Positions 28,712 to 36,951 of a stretch of DNA of 64,000 nt are shown here, one piece after another (within the stretch, counting starts at the first letter, position 1; every line of letters starts with the position of its first letter). The stretch is taken from positions 32,401 through 96,400 of IMG/VR virus record IMGVR_UViG_3300035661_000025. One strand, 5' to 3'. Source of the stretch: a virus. The notes beneath the pieces were generated by a model, which searched no databases, was not told the DNA's origin, and saw only the letters and a list, made by a program, of their open reading frames with translations. A program made the translations under genes and the position numbers.

Positions 28712-29213
28712 AGATATAATCCCAGAAGATAAGTTATTTTATATTGAACAAACAGATAAAAAAAGTTTAATAAAATATCTTTCTTTAAAACTAAAAGAGG
28801 AAACTCAAGAGTTTATAGATACTGGATTGACATCTCTAGAAGAACTAGCGGATATTATGGAAGTTTTAGATACCATAATGGAAACATTTGGAATCAATCC
28901 TGATGAGTTGGCGAATGTAGCTAAAAATAAAAATGAAGAAAAAGGGTCTTTTAAAGATTATCTTCTATATGATGATTCTGTTCCAGAAGAAGCAAAAAAT
29001 AATGGCGGAAGCACAGATTATTATAAACTTCCTGCGGGAGCTAAAGATTTGCAAGATCTCATTGAATTTAAAAATATGAACTTTTCTCAAGGTAATATAT
29101 TCAAAGCTATGTATAGATCTGGCGTAGAGCATCATTCGACATATGAAAGAGATTTGAATAAAATTATTTTCTTTGCAAAAAGAGAGTTAAACCGAATTAA
29201 AGGAGACTCATGA
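28686..29213 (+). CDS. MazG-like pyrophosphohydrolase fused to DUF3310-like domain
   Basis: MKLVRD, KLKEE..E, EELADI; GGSTDYY, DLIE..MNF.QGNIFKA.YR, DL.K. Confidence 0.75.
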   Translation: MKLVRDKYKDIIPEDKLFYIEQTDKKSLIKYLSLKLKEETQEFIDTGLTSLEELADIMEVLDTIMETFGINPDELANVAKNKNEEKGSFKDYLLYDDSVPEEAKNNGGSTDYYKLPAGAKDLQDLIEFKNMNFSQGNIFKAMYRSGVEHHSTYERDLNKIIFFAKRELNRIKGDS

Positions 29214-29734
29214 AAGTAATAAATTTTTTCGGCGGTCCAGGTACCGGAAAAAGCACTACAGCTGCAGGATTGTTTCATTTAATGAAAACAATGGGTTATA
29301 AAGTAGAATTGGTAACAGAATACGCCAAAGACGTAGTTTATCAAGAATCATTTTTTAAACTTAAAGATCAATTGTATATTTTTACTAAACAACATCATAA
29401 GCTGTGGAAACTTAGAGGAAAAGTAGATTATGTTATAACGGATAGCCCGTTATTGTTATCGTTACATTACTTTCAAGAAAACCCCATTTATAATGAAGAT
29501 AATTTCAAAGCTTTTGTTAAAAGCACATATGATGCTTATGACAATATAAATATTTATCTCATCAGGAATTTAGACCATCACCCATATCAGGGATATGGTC
29601 GAACTCAATCAGAATCTGAGGCGATACAGATAGATCGAGATCTTGTAGAGTTGTTGACACAAAATAAGGTTCAATATTCATCTAAACTAATTACTTCAAG
29701 TATTGTTCAGGATGTTTTTGATATAATCAAATAA
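29210..29734 (+). CDS. P-loop kinase (AAA_28/NadR-like)
   Basis: GGPGTGKST, EYAK, ITDSPLLL, GR.Q...EA..ID. Confidence 0.8.
   Translation: MKVINFFGGPGTGKSTTAAGLFHLMKTMGYKVELVTEYAKDVVYQESFFKLKDQLYIFTKQHHKLWKLRGKVDYVITDSPLLLSLHYFQENPIYNEDNFKAFVKSTYDAYDNINIYLIRNLDHHPYQGYGRTQSESEAIQIDRDLVELLTQNKVQYSSKLITSSIVQDVFDIIK
29719..29727 (+). promoter_or_regulatory. extended -10 promoter for SLT-bactofilin operon
   Basis: TTTTTGATATAAT inside the last codons of the kinase gene. Confidence 0.5.
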
Positions 29735-29879
29735 CCTAAAAATGTAAGGTTATGTAACTTTTGTTTTTCTGGCAAATGAAACAAAAAGATAGTTACAATG
29801 ATTGAAGCACTTTCTTAAGAAAGTAGGTAAAAGATGATAGGTTTCATCTTCCAACGAAATTGAAAAAAGGAGATCAATA
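29731..29879 (+). other. candidate structured 5' leader RNA
   Basis: Four consecutive stem-loops: ATAACCT/AGGTTAT, GTAACT.TTTGTTT/AAACAAA.AGTTAC, ACTTTCT/AGAAAGT, AAGATGA/TCATCTT. Confidence 0.45.
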
Positions 29880-30593
29880 ATGGTAATAAATCCAATTGAT
29901 AATTTACGGAAATCTATTAGAATTCAACGAAATTTAATAGTCGGTTTAGTAGCACTTGTTGCAGTGACAGTGTATAGCGCTAAATTGTACATTGATTCGT
30001 ATTATAACGACATTCGTATTGAGAATAAGAATGTAAAAGAACTCAATGATAAAAAAGCTCAAGAAATCGAGCGCCTTAAGAAAGATTTGGAAAGAAATGA
30101 AGCTGAGTTGAAGAAATTTAATGTTCAGAAACAAGTAATTTCAATGTATATTAAGGAGAAAAATCCTAAAGTTGATGATAAAGAAGCTGCTTATTATGCT
30201 ACTGAAATCATCAAATCCTCAAACAAGTATGAAAATGTTAAACATACGGTTTTAACCGGTTTAATAGATTCTGAATCTTCTTTTAAGAAGAATGTCAAAC
30301 ACAATGCTGGATCATCTATACACATTGGTGTAAAAGGATTTACAGGAGTTGCTTCAGGTATATGGTCTAAAGAATTGATTGCCAATCATGTTATCCGAAA
30401 ACCAAGTGATTTGGAAATTCCAAAATACGCTATAGCCGCCGGGGCATATATTTTGAACAAATATTCTAAACATCAGTCCACGTTTGAGGCACTAGTTGAT
30501 TATAAATCAGACTGTCCTTTAGGTAGAAAACAAGCTCTAGATGTTTTAGCTAGAGCTGATAAAATCAAAAGAATGGAAGAAAGATATGCTTAA
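29880..30593 (+). CDS. membrane-anchored lytic transglycosylase (SLT-like)
   Basis: N-terminal TM, coiled coil, then GLIDSESSF (catalytic Glu), G.KGFTGV, I.AGAYIL, AL..Y. Confidence 0.7.
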   Translation: MVINPIDNLRKSIRIQRNLIVGLVALVAVTVYSAKLYIDSYYNDIRIENKNVKELNDKKAQEIERLKKDLERNEAELKKFNVQKQVISMYIKEKNPKVDDKEAAYYATEIIKSSNKYENVKHTVLTGLIDSESSFKKNVKHNAGSSIHIGVKGFTGVASGIWSKELIANHVIRKPSDLEIPKYAIAAGAYILNKYSKHQSTFEALVDYKSDCPLGRKQALDVLARADKIKRMEERYA

Positions 30594-30936
30594 TTTTTTC
30601 AAAAAAGAAAATCCCGATTTTACAATAATCGGGAAAGATTCTACATTTAAAGGCGAGATAACCAGTTCTCATCAAGTTTACATAAAAGGCACTGTAGAAG
30701 CTAATAAAATCATAGCTAAAAGTGTTTTTATTGAAGTTGGAGGTTCTTTAACTGCCGATATAGAATGTTCCGAAGTTTTTATCGCTGGAGTTTATAAAGG
30801 AAACATTAATTGTAGTAATATCACTATTGAACCTACCGGTGACGTAGAATCAGATATTACTTATACATCTATGTTGAATATAAATCCAAACTGCACATAT
30901 AATGGAACCATAAAAAAATCTTTAAATTCCGTTTAA
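30586..30936 (+). CDS. bactofilin (polymer-forming cytoskeletal protein, CcmA-like)
   Basis: MLNFFKK membrane-targeting-like start; TIIGKDSTFKGEI, IKGTVEA, IEVGGSLTADI, IAG.YKGNI, IEPTGDVESDI.Y..L.I....YNG beta-helix turns. Confidence 0.88.
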   Translation: MLNFFKKENPDFTIIGKDSTFKGEITSSHQVYIKGTVEANKIIAKSVFIEVGGSLTADIECSEVFIAGVYKGNINCSNITIEPTGDVESDITYTSMLNINPNCTYNGTIKKSLNSV

Positions 30937-30938
30937 AT

Positions 30939-30972
30939 TATCAGGTTGTTTTAAGCAACAACCTGATATAAT
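30939..30972 (+). promoter_or_regulatory. early promoter embedded in a 12-bp inverted repeat
   Basis: TATCAGGTTGTT-TTAAGC-AACAACCTGATA overlapping TTAAG-N8-TGATATAAT. Confidence 0.65.
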
Positions 30973-30999
30973 AATACAAATAAACCTTCAGGAATGATT

Positions 31000-31953
31000 A
31001 TGATAATAACTCGAGAAATCCTTCAAAACTTATACAATCAGTATTATGAAACAGACCACAGTCTGTTGAGCAAACACAACACTCACGTTCATTATTCAAA
31101 AGGTAAACACACCTCATTATTACTAGATGAGTTAAATCGTGCACCATTGGATATAAGACAAGCTGCACTTCAATTAATCCTAAGCAAACAAATACATCAA
31201 CATACATTACCTTATTTTAAAGGTATTCCGGCTATGGTTACAGCTTGTATTAATCCAGAAGATGGATATCAAGTTGAAGCTATGGACCCAGCATTGCTAG
31301 ACAGATTTTTAACATTAAATGTTACTGTTGATGCAAACGCTTGGCTAAAATGGGCGGAAAATCATGATGTCTTAAAAGTTATTAGATCTTTCATTCGTGA
31401 TAATCCAGACAAATTACATTGGAGTTCAGTAGAAGTTCAAGATTCAAAATATCCTACTCCACGAGCATGGACTAAATTATCGGACGTTCTTAAAAACATC
31501 CCAAATGCCAAGAAAAATCCTTTGACTTTAGATTTAATAAAAGGAAAAATTGGAGAGAGTATTGGGACTCGTTTTTATACTTATTTTTGTAAATTTGATG
31601 AACAAATAACATCAGATGATATTCAAGCATATGTAGAAAATCATGAATCTGAAGATCCAGAAATCATTGGAAATGATTTGAGAAAATCATTATTAAAATC
31701 TATGGATGTATTGAACAAATCTGAATTGACTGAGTTTTTCATTAAGACACAAATAGTAAAAAACGCCACAGTCAGTTCAGCCCTTACCGCACTCAGTATG
31801 TTATGGTGTGTAGAATTGGAAACTCGTGGTTCTATTTTGAGCAATTTAAAAGAAAATCATCTAGATGTATTTAAAATTTTCTTGAATTTGGATACAGATC
31901 GTAAAATAACTAAATCCATCACTTCTTTAATATTAAAAGGACGTGAATCATAA
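31000..31953 (+). CDS. MoxR/AAA_5-type ATPase, C-terminal half (Walker B, Arg finger, lid)
   Basis: LLLDELNRA, ACINP, MDPALLDRF, PTPRAW; no Walker A; AGGA RBS favours ATG 31000. Confidence 0.85.
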   Translation: MIITREILQNLYNQYYETDHSLLSKHNTHVHYSKGKHTSLLLDELNRAPLDIRQAALQLILSKQIHQHTLPYFKGIPAMVTACINPEDGYQVEAMDPALLDRFLTLNVTVDANAWLKWAENHDVLKVIRSFIRDNPDKLHWSSVEVQDSKYPTPRAWTKLSDVLKNIPNAKKNPLTLDLIKGKIGESIGTRFYTYFCKFDEQITSDDIQAYVENHESEDPEIIGNDLRKSLLKSMDVLNKSELTEFFIKTQIVKNATVSSALTALSMLWCVELETRGSILSNLKENHLDVFKIFLNLDTDRKITKSITSLILKGRES

Positions 31954-32048
31954 ATATTTTTAATTAAAATAAAGGAGTACATGTGGGTATTGAATGTTGA
32001 TATGACTTTGAAGGAAAGATTTGATTAATCACCTTTAGAGGCAGTATA

Positions 32049-33404
32049 TTGAATAATTTTGAAAAAATTTATGTTTTAGACACGAACGTTATTTTGAATG
32101 ATGTAGTTAATATTGAGATCTTATCTCAACAATCATCTAACTTGATAGTTTTACCAGAAACGGTAATGGACGAAATTGATGTTAAAAAGACTGGGTTTGA
32201 AGAAATAAATTTCCAAGCCAGATCTTTCGGACGCTTGCTAGAGAAAGCTGATATATTGTACGCTGATAAAAATACAGATTACACAATATCAAGAATGTTT
32301 ATCAATTCGGATAAAAACATTACTATAGATGTTATTTCATTAAACAAATACAAAAGTGTAGAAGGAAATGTAGACCGACACATTTTAAATGACCGAAAAA
32401 TTTTAGAGGTAGCTGAAGAATGTGAAAGACTTTATGATATTCCAATAGTGTTCATTTCTAATGATGTTATGTGTAGACTAAGAGCAATATCTTTAGGTTT
32501 AAAAACTGAAGGTATGGGTCGAGATTACAAAGAAGACTTGGAATTATATCAAGAAATTGAATATAAAGAAGATACATTACCTAAAGCAGTTGAAGCTAAA
32601 GATTTATCAATTCCTGATAATATTTTTGGATTATGTTTGTATAAAGAAGATGGAAATCGAAGTTACTATTACAGATCTGGAAACATATTTCATGAGATTA
32701 ATGAAGATGAACTTAAACGCCAAGATATCAAACCTCAAAACATAGAACAAAAAATATATTCTAGTATGATAAACGATCCATTTTATGATGTAGTTGTAGT
32801 AGATGCACCAGCAGGTTCTGGAAAAACATTGATTGCTTTGAGTGCAGCTATGAAATTAGTAAAAAAGAATCCTACAAGATTCAATAAAATCGTTTACATG
32901 AGAAAAACAGTAAATGCAGATGATGAAGAAATGGGCTTTCTTCCAGGAACACAAGAAGATAAATTATCTCCTTATTTGGCTCCATTGTATTCTAACTTAG
33001 AAGCAATAATCAATGCTAAATTTAAACAAAATAGAAAATTCACTAAAGAAGAATTAGAGAATAAGATGATTGATTTGATTAAAGAATATCAAATAACATC
33101 TTTGTTTGAAGGTTTTTTGCGTGGAACTAATATAAGAGATGCTGTTGTAATTATAGATGAAATTCAAAATGAATCGGTAGCTAGCATTAGAACATCATTG
33201 ACTCGGGTAACAGAAGGTTGTAAAATAATTGCTATTGGTTCTAATAAACAAATAGATAACAAATATATCAATAAACACACATCGGCTCTAACATATTTGA
33301 TTAACCGAATAATGTTAGAAAACAAAGATGTTAATATTGGAGCAATTAAATTAACAAAAACTGTACGTTCTAGAATTGCAGAATGGGCAGACGATTTTAA
33401 ATAA
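32049..33404 (+). CDS. phoH: PIN-PhoH protein
   Basis: VLDTNV, ND.KIL; APAGSGKT, MGFLPG, LRG, IIDEIQN, TRV, QID, RS. Confidence 0.92.
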   Translation: MNNFEKIYVLDTNVILNDVVNIEILSQQSSNLIVLPETVMDEIDVKKTGFEEINFQARSFGRLLEKADILYADKNTDYTISRMFINSDKNITIDVISLNKYKSVEGNVDRHILNDRKILEVAEECERLYDIPIVFISNDVMCRLRAISLGLKTEGMGRDYKEDLELYQEIEYKEDTLPKAVEAKDLSIPDNIFGLCLYKEDGNRSYYYRSGNIFHEINEDELKRQDIKPQNIEQKIYSSMINDPFYDVVVVDAPAGSGKTLIALSAAMKLVKKNPTRFNKIVYMRKTVNADDEEMGFLPGTQEDKLSPYLAPLYSNLEAIINAKFKQNRKFTKEELENKMIDLIKEYQITSLFEGFLRGTNIRDAVVIIDEIQNESVASIRTSLTRVTEGCKIIAIGSNKQIDNKYINKHTSALTYLINRIMLENKDVNIGAIKLTKTVRSRIAEWADDFK

Positions 33405-33413
33405 AGGAAAGAA

Positions 33414-33962
33414 ATGGGTGTTAGAGAAATAGATTTTATTTCAGAATCAGAAGATTCTTTAAGAGATAAGCTAACCCCATTGCCTTTATCTCCAAGAGAG
33501 CAAGTCTTCGCAGCTAATCAATTGATACAGAATAATAAATGTATAGACATTTATGAAAAAATATTAAAACAATTGATTTTTGAAGACAAAAAATTCCTCA
33601 CAATGATAGCAAAAGCATCATTGACTCAAACGAAAAATCAAATTTACTTTTCTAAATTCCTGGATACTATCCAGGAATTGAATTATAAAACAAAAGAATC
33701 TATAATTCAAGATACATTTCAAAGCACATGTACATCTATGAGAGATGAAATGTTTGATTATTGTTTATCTGTTATTCAAGATGCTTCATTTAAAGACAAT
33801 GTAATTTTCTTTTTATTGAGAAATAATCAAAACTTAAATATGAATAAAGTGAAAATTAGACCTGAGGTTATCCATCAAGGGTTTGTGTCCAATCAAGAAG
33901 AAATTATTGAGAATATAGATAAAGACAAATTTTACTTCAAACATCCAGAATTTTACTTATAA
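33414..33962 (+). CDS. hypothetical protein ending HPEFYL
   Basis: AAGGA RBS. Confidence 0.7.
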   Translation: MGVREIDFISESEDSLRDKLTPLPLSPREQVFAANQLIQNNKCIDIYEKILKQLIFEDKKFLTMIAKASLTQTKNQIYFSKFLDTIQELNYKTKESIIQDTFQSTCTSMRDEMFDYCLSVIQDASFKDNVIFFLLRNNQNLNMNKVKIRPEVIHQGFVSNQEEIIENIDKDKFYFKHPEFYL

Positions 33963-34018
33963 TTAATTTTACATTAAGTATTTTTTGTTATAATTATATC
34001 ATAAAATAAAGGAATACA

Positions 34019-35392
34019 ATGGTAATAAAAATTTTTAATGAGTTAAATGAAACAAATTCTACAAAAGTTAAAGAGCAAATCTTAAGAAAATATGAAGATT
34101 TTGAATTGCTTAAAAAAGTAGTTTATTTGGCATTGAGCCCTCGTGTTAAATTTTATCTTAGAAAAATTCCTGAATACACCTCCAAAGAAAATATGACATT
34201 AGAGGAAGCTTTAGAATCATTATCAGTGTTAAGTTCTAGAGAGAAAACAGGTAATGATGCTATTGAACATCTAAAAGGTATTTTAGAAAACCTATCAGTG
34301 AATGATGCTACAGTTATTGAACGAATCATAAAAAAAGATCTAAAAATTGGTTTAAATGAATCCACTGTAAATAAAGTTTGGAAAAAATTAATTGAAACTA
34401 CTCCATATCAAGGTGCTATAGCTTATGATAAAAGTAAAGTTCAAAAACTATTTACAGATCCCAAAGGTGTTATGTCTCAAGTCAAAATGGATGGAAGATA
34501 TGCCAATACAATAATCACAGAATCAATTGTTCATGAATCCCGTTCTGGAGAAATAACATATTTATCTGGAGCGTTGGATGATGTGTTTGAATCATTCCCT
34601 ATGAATGTAATTTTAAATGGGGAATTAACTATTGATGGAGTAAATCGTTACACATCAAATGGCATCATCGCAAGCGTGGTAAGCATTAGCAAAAAAATGA
34701 ACAATGGAGAAGATGTTTCTAAAGAATTAGATGCATTTAATGAAGAATATAATCTAACATTTGAAGAAATGTTACCAAAAATCAAATATACCGTTTGGGA
34801 TTGTATAACCTTAGATGAGTATTTGAATGCTGGATCGAAACGTCCATACCATGAAAGATGGGAAGAATTACAAGAGATGCTTAAATTTGTAAAAACCGAT
34901 AGAGTTAGATTGGTAGAATACAAAATGGTTAAATCTCCAGAAGAAGCTATGAAACATTTTCAAGAATTATTGGCTCGTGGTGAAGAAGGAACTATTGTAA
35001 AAGGAATGAGCGGTATTTGGAAAGATGGTAAACCAAATTATCAAATCAAAATTAAACTTGAGATTGCTGTAGACCTTAGAATCATTGGGTTCAATGAAGG
35101 TAAAAAGGGTACTCGTTTAGAAGGCAATTTAGGTTCATTGATTTGTGAATCAGAATGTGGTATACTGAAAACAGACCCAGCAGGAATTACAGATGAAATG
35201 AGAAAATTCATTTGGGATAATAGAGAATCATTGCTAAACACTTATGCAGAAGTGAAATGTAAGGGAGTTAGTGTTACCGAAAATGGATACAGTTTGTTAC
35301 ATCCAGTATTCGGAAAACTCAGAGATGATAAAACATCTGGTGACACATTGGAAAATATTTTAAAAATTGAAGAGGCAGCGAAAAGCATATGA
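34019..35392 (+). CDS. gp30: ATP-dependent DNA ligase (gp30-like)
   Basis: KMDGR, SRSG, NGEL, WD, EGTIVK, KIK, HPVF..LRDDK; promoter 33974-33994. Confidence 0.95.
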   Translation: MVIKIFNELNETNSTKVKEQILRKYEDFELLKKVVYLALSPRVKFYLRKIPEYTSKENMTLEEALESLSVLSSREKTGNDAIEHLKGILENLSVNDATVIERIIKKDLKIGLNESTVNKVWKKLIETTPYQGAIAYDKSKVQKLFTDPKGVMSQVKMDGRYANTIITESIVHESRSGEITYLSGALDDVFESFPMNVILNGELTIDGVNRYTSNGIIASVVSISKKMNNGEDVSKELDAFNEEYNLTFEEMLPKIKYTVWDCITLDEYLNAGSKRPYHERWEELQEMLKFVKTDRVRLVEYKMVKSPEEAMKHFQELLARGEEGTIVKGMSGIWKDGKPNYQIKIKLEIAVDLRIIGFNEGKKGTRLEGNLGSLICESECGILKTDPAGITDEMRKFIWDNRESLLNTYAEVKCKGVSVTENGYSLLHPVFGKLRDDKTSGDTLENILKIEEAAKSI

Positions 35393-35685
35393 ATAAATTC
35401 ACAGACGAAAACATCACAAAATTTCAACCAACAGGAGACGCAGTTTTGGTTAAATGCTCATTTAAACCAAAAGAAACGCTATCTGGAATAATTTTAGCAG
35501 AAAAAGATACAATTATTGACCGGCCCGATAGAGGACAGGTAATATCTGTAGGTAATATTGTTAAATGTGTGAAAATAAATGATTTTGTAGTATTTGATAA
35601 AACTGCAGGTTATGATTTATATGAAGGAAGTGATGCACTTTATATTTTAATGCAAGATTCCAAAATATTTGGAATCATTTCTTAA
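35389..35685 (+). CDS. groES: GroES-like co-chaperonin
   Basis: PTGDAVLV, T.SGIIL, G.VISVG, VK..D.V.F, I.GII. Confidence 0.88.
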   Translation: MNKFTDENITKFQPTGDAVLVKCSFKPKETLSGIILAEKDTIIDRPDRGQVISVGNIVKCVKINDFVVFDKTAGYDLYEGSDALYILMQDSKIFGIIS

Positions 35686-35806
35686 CGGTTATAATATAAC
35701 AGTTATTAGCATACCTTAATAATTGTAGTTTTCCAGAAAAAAATTCAGATTCTAAATTAATAGAATAAAAAAGTTAATGGAGAATTTATTATTTGTTCTA
35801 CAAGTC

Positions 35807-35833
35807 AATAACTTAGAAATCTTCTAAGTTATT
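35807..35833. terminator. inverted repeat between convergent operons
   Basis: AATAACTTAGAA-ATC-TTCTAAGTTATT. Confidence 0.55.
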
Positions 35834-35953
35834 TTATCTAAAATATATTTAGTACTTATTAAATGATTATAATTATCATGAAAATCTTAGTCTATTTTCA
35901 TTTTAAAAAACTTTTGTTTCATCTATTTCAGAATCATCAGATAATGATATTTT

Positions 35954-36583
35954 TTACTTCATTTTAGCTTCTAAATCTTGTATTCTAATCTCTTGTTCTT
36001 TTATAGCTTCTACTAATAATGCAACAACATTAGCATATGCTACAGAATAATATCCATCAACTTCTTTTACAATTTCAGGAATTACATCCAAAACGTCTTG
36101 GGCAATAAATCCGATATTTTCTTCACCTGTAGAATTTTTCGTAAAACTAACACCTTGTAAAGAAAGAACTTTACTCAATGAATTTTCTAACGGTTTAATA
36201 TTAGATTTGGTTCTTATATCTGATGTTTCCGTTATACTACCAGACACTACTAAATTTGCATTGATTATTAAATCACCCGTCATTGTTCCTCCAGCTAAAG
36301 GAACTTTAGTATTATCTGTTGTTGACATTGACATTGATTGAATATTATCTAAAATATTTGCAGCTACATCAGAAACAAACTTAGCATTTACAGCTTTTCC
36401 AGAAGATTCCCCTAATGTCAAATTAGGAACTATAGGAGATTCCGTGAAAGTTTTTATTCCAGCAATAGTCTGAGGATCTATAATAGTTACCGCGTTGAAT
36501 GTTTTGTTAGCTAATTCGTAAAAATTATTGTCTACTTCATCTCTAGTTAATGGAGAGTCTTTTTCTCTTCTTAATACTATCAT
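35954..36583 (-). CDS. short fibre with C-terminal intramolecular chaperone (peptidase S74)
   Basis: TSDIRTKSNI, GFIAQDV..VIPE, VAY..VALLVEAIKEQ. Confidence 0.85.
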   Translation of the reverse strand: MIVLRREKDSPLTRDEVDNNFYELANKTFNAVTIIDPQTIAGIKTFTESPIVPNLTLGESSGKAVNAKFVSDVAANILDNIQSMSMSTTDNTKVPLAGGTMTGDLIINANLVVSGSITETSDIRTKSNIKPLENSLSKVLSLQGVSFTKNSTGEENIGFIAQDVLDVIPEIVKEVDGYYSVAYANVVALLVEAIKEQEIRIQDLEAKMK

Positions 36584-36584
36584 A

Positions 36585-36941
36585 TTATCCTACCAATTCT
36601 CTAAATTCTTTTCGTTTTTGTAAAACATCAGCGTAATCAGTTAAAAGCTTTTCTTTTAGCACATTATCATCTAATATCATAGCTTCGCTTATTTTAGTAA
36701 CTACATAATCAGTTTCTAATAAAAATCGTTTAGCCTTTACAATTTCTTGTGCTTTTTGTTCTTCGGTTGATTGTGTTTTTGTAAGAACTGGGTCATGAAT
36801 ACCTTTAGCTTTTGTATACCATTTTCCCGCACATTCATATCCAGCACCTTCTATAAAGACAATAGACGAATTTTCACTTACTTGAGAGGGTTCATTTTCA
36901 TGAATACCTGTAATTAATTTATTATTTATTTCTATCCACAT
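36585..36941 (-). CDS. tail fibre assembly/chaperone-like protein
   Basis: Between two fibre genes; FLLETDYVV.K...Y..VL..R...R. Confidence 0.6.
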   Translation of the reverse strand: MWIEINNKLITGIHENEPSQVSENSSIVFIEGAGYECAGKWYTKAKGIHDPVLTKTQSTEEQKAQEIVKAKRFLLETDYVVTKISEAMILDDNVLKEKLLTDYADVLQKRKEFRELVG

Positions 36942-36951
36942 TCAAAAATCC

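Noticed and set aside
29731-29879. c-di-GMP-I riboswitch or hammerhead ribozyme (GGCAAA, GAAA seen)
   Set aside because: Remaining consensus elements (second GCAAA/GNRA-receptor stem; CUGANGA core) not found
28712-30993. Insert as a self-splicing intron or transposon
   Set aside because: No recognisable group I/II core, homing endonuclease, transposase or terminal repeats; the C-half has its own promoter and RBS
30994-31083. Start of the ATPase C-half (MIMIITREIL..NLYN...ETDHS...KHN/T) superficially resembles a DnaE-type split-intein C-fragment ending His-Asn before Thr
   Set aside because: The N-half has no Cys/Ser-initiated ~100-aa IntN (only ~40 aa after the WxxPxW motif), so trans-splicing is unsupported; an intein HMM search would settle it
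35686-35953. AT-rich gap as replication origin
   Set aside because: Only one inverted repeat, no iterons; explained as a convergent terminator region
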